Both the position numbers and the translations under genes were made by a program. The notes below the pieces were generated by a model. That model was not told where the DNA came from and ran no database searches. It was given only the letters and a program-made list of their open reading frames with translations. A stretch of 29,117 bases of DNA from Sulfurifustaceae bacterium. GTDB lineage: Bacteria; Pseudomonadota; Gammaproteobacteria; Acidiferrobacterales; Sulfurifustaceae. Within the stretch, counting starts at the first letter, position 1. Every line of letters starts with the position of its first letter. Positions 26,063-29,117 of this stretch are shown here, piece after piece. Location of the stretch: NCBI GenBank assembly GCA_041481875.1, contig JBGPCS010000001.1, positions 1 to 29,117 of the forward strand, written 5' to 3'.

Positions 26063-27526
26063 CTACCCGTCACCGCCACCCGCGGCCGCGCGCGAAGCGC
26101 GTCCTGCCTTCGCCACGTGGATCGGCCGCCCCAACACCGACAGCGCCGCTTCGTGAAATGATTCCGACAGGCTCGGGTGGGCGAACATGGTAAGCGCGAT
26201 ATCTTCGCTCGACGCGCCGAACTCCATCGCCATCACGCCAAGCGCGATCAGCTCGGAACATTGTGGACCGATCATGTGCACGCCGAGCACGCGATCGGTC
26301 GAGGCGTCGGAAAGTATCTTGATGAAGCCGCCGGTGACGCCGAGCGCTTTGGCGCGTCCATTCGCCGCGAAAGGGAAATTGCCGGCGTGATAGTTAACTC
26401 CCGCCGCTTTGAGAGCATCTTCGGTTTTGCCGGCCCACGCGATTTCGGGTGAAGTATAAATTACCGAAGGAACGATGTCGTAGTTGACCTCGGCGTGGTG
26501 CCCGGCGATGGTTTCGGCAACCATGACGCCTTCCTCCATTCCCTTGTGCGCGAGCATCGGCCCGCGCACCACGTCGCCAACCGCGTAAACGCCGGGGATG
26601 TTGGTACGGCATCGCTCATCGACATGAACGAAGCCCCACTCGTCGACCAGCAGCTCGGCCTCGGGAACGGATAGGCCATCCGTATTGGGCCGTCGTCCAA
26701 CCGCAACGACCAATCGGTCGCATTCGATCTGCTGCGGTCCGTTCTTGTCCTCGTAGTCGACGACGATACCGTTGTCGGCGCGCTTCGTAGCCCGTACACG
26801 CGCGCCGAGCCGGATATCGAGGCCTTGGGCGCTAAATTGCTTGTACGCTTCACGCGCGACTTGACTGTCCGCCATGCTTAGGAAGCGCTCTAGCGCTTCG
26901 AGCAGAACCACCTTCGAGCCGAGTCGTTGCCAAACACTGCCCAGCTCGAGACCGATCACGCCGGCACCGATCACGCCCAGACGTTCCGGCACCTTGTCAA
27001 AAACCAATGCGCCCTCCGAGTCGACGATGCGATCGCTTTGCAACGGTGCGACGCTCAATTCGGTGGGGACGGACCCGCTCGCGAGGATGATGTGTTGCGC
27101 TTCCAGAACGCGCACGCCGCCCCCGTGTTCGGTCGTTTCCACGCAGCGGTTCGCGAGTAACTTACCGCGACCGGCGACCCAGGTGATTCCGTGCGCGCGA
27201 AACAATTGCGCCACGCCGCCGGTGAGATCGGCGACGACTTTTTCCTTGTGCTGCATCATGCCCGGAAGATCGAGCGTGACGCCTTGCGTGCGTATGCCGT
27301 AAGCCGCTCCATGAGTCGCCTCGATGTACAGCTCAGACGCTTCAAGCAAGGCCTTCGACGGAATGCAGCCGACGTTGAGGCAGGTGCCGCCGAGCGAGGG
27401 CTGCTGGGAGGCGGAGAGCCAGCGATCGACGCAGGCGACGCGCATGCCGAGCTGCGCGCAACGGATCGCGGCGACATATCCCGCCGGACCGGCGCCGATG
27501 ACGATCACATCGTAACGATCAGCCAT
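26063..27526 (-). CDS. lpdA: Dihydrolipoyl dehydrogenase (E3)
   Basis: GAGPAGYVAA (FAD), GGTCLNVGCIPSK (redox disulfide), GAGVIGLE (NAD) and HPSLSE motifs. Confidence 0.97.
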   Translation of the reverse strand: MADRYDVIVIGAGPAGYVAAIRCAQLGMRVACVDRWLSASQQPSLGGTCLNVGCIPSKALLEASELYIEATHGAAYGIRTQGVTLDLPGMMQHKEKVVADLTGGVAQLFRAHGITWVAGRGKLLANRCVETTEHGGGVRVLEAQHIILASGSVPTELSVAPLQSDRIVDSEGALVFDKVPERLGVIGAGVIGLELGSVWQRLGSKVVLLEALERFLSMADSQVAREAYKQFSAQGLDIRLGARVRATKRADNGIVVDYEDKNGPQQIECDRLVVAVGRRPNTDGLSVPEAELLVDEWGFVHVDERCRTNIPGVYAVGDVVRGPMLAHKGMEEGVMVAETIAGHHAEVNYDIVPSVIYTSPEIAWAGKTEDALKAAGVNYHAGNFPFAANGRAKALGVTGGFIKILSDASTDRVLGVHMIGPQCSELIALGVMAMEFGASSEDIALTMFAHPSLSESFHEAALSVLGRPIHVAKAGRASRAAAGGGDG

Positions 27527-27562
27527 GCGTCAGCTCCTCATATGCCGGTTGCGACGAACCCG

Positions 27563-28795
27563 CTATACGCCCAGCAATAGGCGCGCCGGATCCTCGATCA
27601 TCTCTTTGATCGTGACGAGGAAGCGGACCGCTTCGCGGCCGTCGATCAGCCGGTGATCGTACGACAGCGCGAGATACATCATCGGCCGTATGACCACCGC
27701 GCCGTTTTCCGCCACCGGCCGATCTTGAATTTTGTGCATACCGAGGATGGCGCTTTGTGGTGGATTCAAAATCGGCGTCGAGACCAACGATCCGAACACG
27801 CCGCCGTTGGTGATGGTAAACGTCCCGCCGGTGATATCGGCGATGGCGAGCGCGCCGGTCTGCGCCTTGTCGCCGTACTCCTTGATGCGCGTCTCGATGG
27901 TCGCCATGTCCAACCGATCGGCGTCACGCAGTATCGGCACGACCAGCCCGCGCGGCGTGCTGACGGCGATGCCGATGTCCTGATAGCCGTGATAGATGAT
28001 GTCGGTCGCGTCGATCGAGGCGTTCACCTCCGGGAAGCGCTTGAGCGCTTCGACCGATGCTTTCACGAAGAACGACATGAAACCGAGCTTGATCTTGTGC
28101 TCACGCTCGAACGCGTCGCGATAGCGGTTGCGCAGCTCCATCACCGGCTGCATGTTCACTTCGTTGAAGGTCGTGAGAATCGCCGCCGTCTGCTGCGCTT
28201 CGAGCAAGCGCTCGGCGATGCGCGCGCGCAAGCGCGTCATCGGCACGCGCTTTTCGGGCCGGGCGGCGCTGCCGACAGGGGTCGGCTCGACGACCGCGGC
28301 CGGCACCGGCGCTGACTCCGCGGCGCGCACGGGTTCGGGCTGGCGAACGACATCCTCCTTGAGGACTCGCCCGCCCTTGCCGCTGCCGACGACGGCCTCG
28401 CGGCCGATGCCGCGCTCGGCCATCGCGCGTCGTGCGGCGGGCATGACGGCGCTCTCGGCTCGGGTTGCGGGCGCGACTGCCGGCGGGGTCGGCGCCATCG
28501 GCGGCGCGGGCCGCGGTTTCAATTCAGCGGCCGGCTTCGATGCCGCCATCGTCGATTTCGCGCCCACATCGATGCGCCCGATGACTTGACCGGAGGTTAC
28601 GGTTGTCCCCTCGGGCACTACGATCTCCGCTAACACGCCATCGTCGGTGGCGGGAACCTCGAACACGACTTTGTCGGTTTCGATTTCCGCCAGCACCTCT
28701 CCGCGCTTGACGGATTCGCCCGCGTGTTTGCGCCACGCGACTAAGGTGCCGTCGCTCACGGACTCCGGGAATGCGGGAACGGCTACATCGGCCAT
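27563..28795 (-). CDS. sucB: 2-oxoglutarate dehydrogenase E2 (dihydrolipoamide succinyltransferase)
   Basis: Lipoyl domain ETDKV, E3-binding GSGKGGRV, and catalytic domain motifs [18 protein letters not shown] and YDHRLIDG. Confidence 0.97.
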   Translation of the reverse strand: MADVAVPAFPESVSDGTLVAWRKHAGESVKRGEVLAEIETDKVVFEVPATDDGVLAEIVVPEGTTVTSGQVIGRIDVGAKSTMAASKPAAELKPRPAPPMAPTPPAVAPATRAESAVMPAARRAMAERGIGREAVVGSGKGGRVLKEDVVRQPEPVRAAESAPVPAAVVEPTPVGSAARPEKRVPMTRLRARIAERLLEAQQTAAILTTFNEVNMQPVMELRNRYRDAFEREHKIKLGFMSFFVKASVEALKRFPEVNASIDATDIIYHGYQDIGIAVSTPRGLVVPILRDADRLDMATIETRIKEYGDKAQTGALAIADITGGTFTITNGGVFGSLVSTPILNPPQSAILGMHKIQDRPVAENGAVVIRPMMYLALSYDHRLIDGREAVRFLVTIKEMIEDPARLLLGV

Positions 28796-28851
28796 GGTGT
28801 CTCCTTCTTGTTATGCGCCGCCGGGTGGCGTTGCCGGGGCGTCACGTCCAT

Positions 28852-29117
28852 TTAGCTCGTCAGGTTCTCTCTAGCTCCGGAAGCGGCCGAGCCATGACTC
28901 GCCGGACTTGGCGAACCATTCAGCGCCGCGTCGAGCAACTCCTGCAGCTGTTGCAAATGCAAATGGTGATCGCCGACGGCGGGCGCTGCGAGCGTCGGAC
29001 GTCCGGCGTATTCGACCTCGCGCCCCGACGGCACTGCGCGCTGGAGCCGGTGGCGCGTGGTGTACCACGCGCCCTGATTCTTCGGCTCTTCCTGGCACCA
29101 CACGAACGCCGCCGCAT
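28852..29117 (-). CDS. sucA: 2-oxoglutarate dehydrogenase E1, C-terminal fragment (runs off window)
   Basis: VWCQEEPKNQGAW...YAGRP..AAPAVG is the SucA C-terminus. Immediately upstream of sucB. Confidence 0.95.
   Translation of the reverse strand, partial: AAAFVWCQEEPKNQGAWYTTRHRLQRAVPSGREVEYAGRPTLAAPAVGDHHLHLQQLQELLDAALNGSPSPASHGSAASGARENLTS

Overview
GC-rich proteobacterial chromosomal window, probably gammaproteobacterial (inferred from gene order and protein style). The housekeeping backbone is mrcA (5' partial), a conserved hypothetical gene, argS, a SPOR protein, divergent speA/speE, porin-glnK-amtB, ubiK-comM, cytochrome c5, tRNA-Arg(CCG) and lpdA-sucB-sucA (5' partial). A ~10 kb guanidine-assimilation module lies between porin-glnK-amtB and ubiK-comM. 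It encodes two DUF1989 carboxyguanidine deiminase subunits, a urea/guanidine carboxylase, a three-gene ABC importer and allophanate hydrolase. Its regulatory signals are visible in the sequence: two divergent sigma54 promoters sharing a pair of NtrC-type sites, a guanidine-I riboswitch before the importer, and a guanidine-II riboswitch inside the other operon just before the carboxylase. A third sigma54 promoter precedes porin-glnK-amtB. Other oddities: a 140-bp IS5-type MITE with a CTAG target duplication and a nested 28-bp hairpin at the speE stop; a cNMP-GGDEF protein with a degenerate active site but intact I-site; an AT-rich Ig-like lipoprotein gene; and a Gly-to-Asp change in the carboxylase ATP-binding loop. 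All assignments come from reading motifs by eye. No database search or folding program was run.
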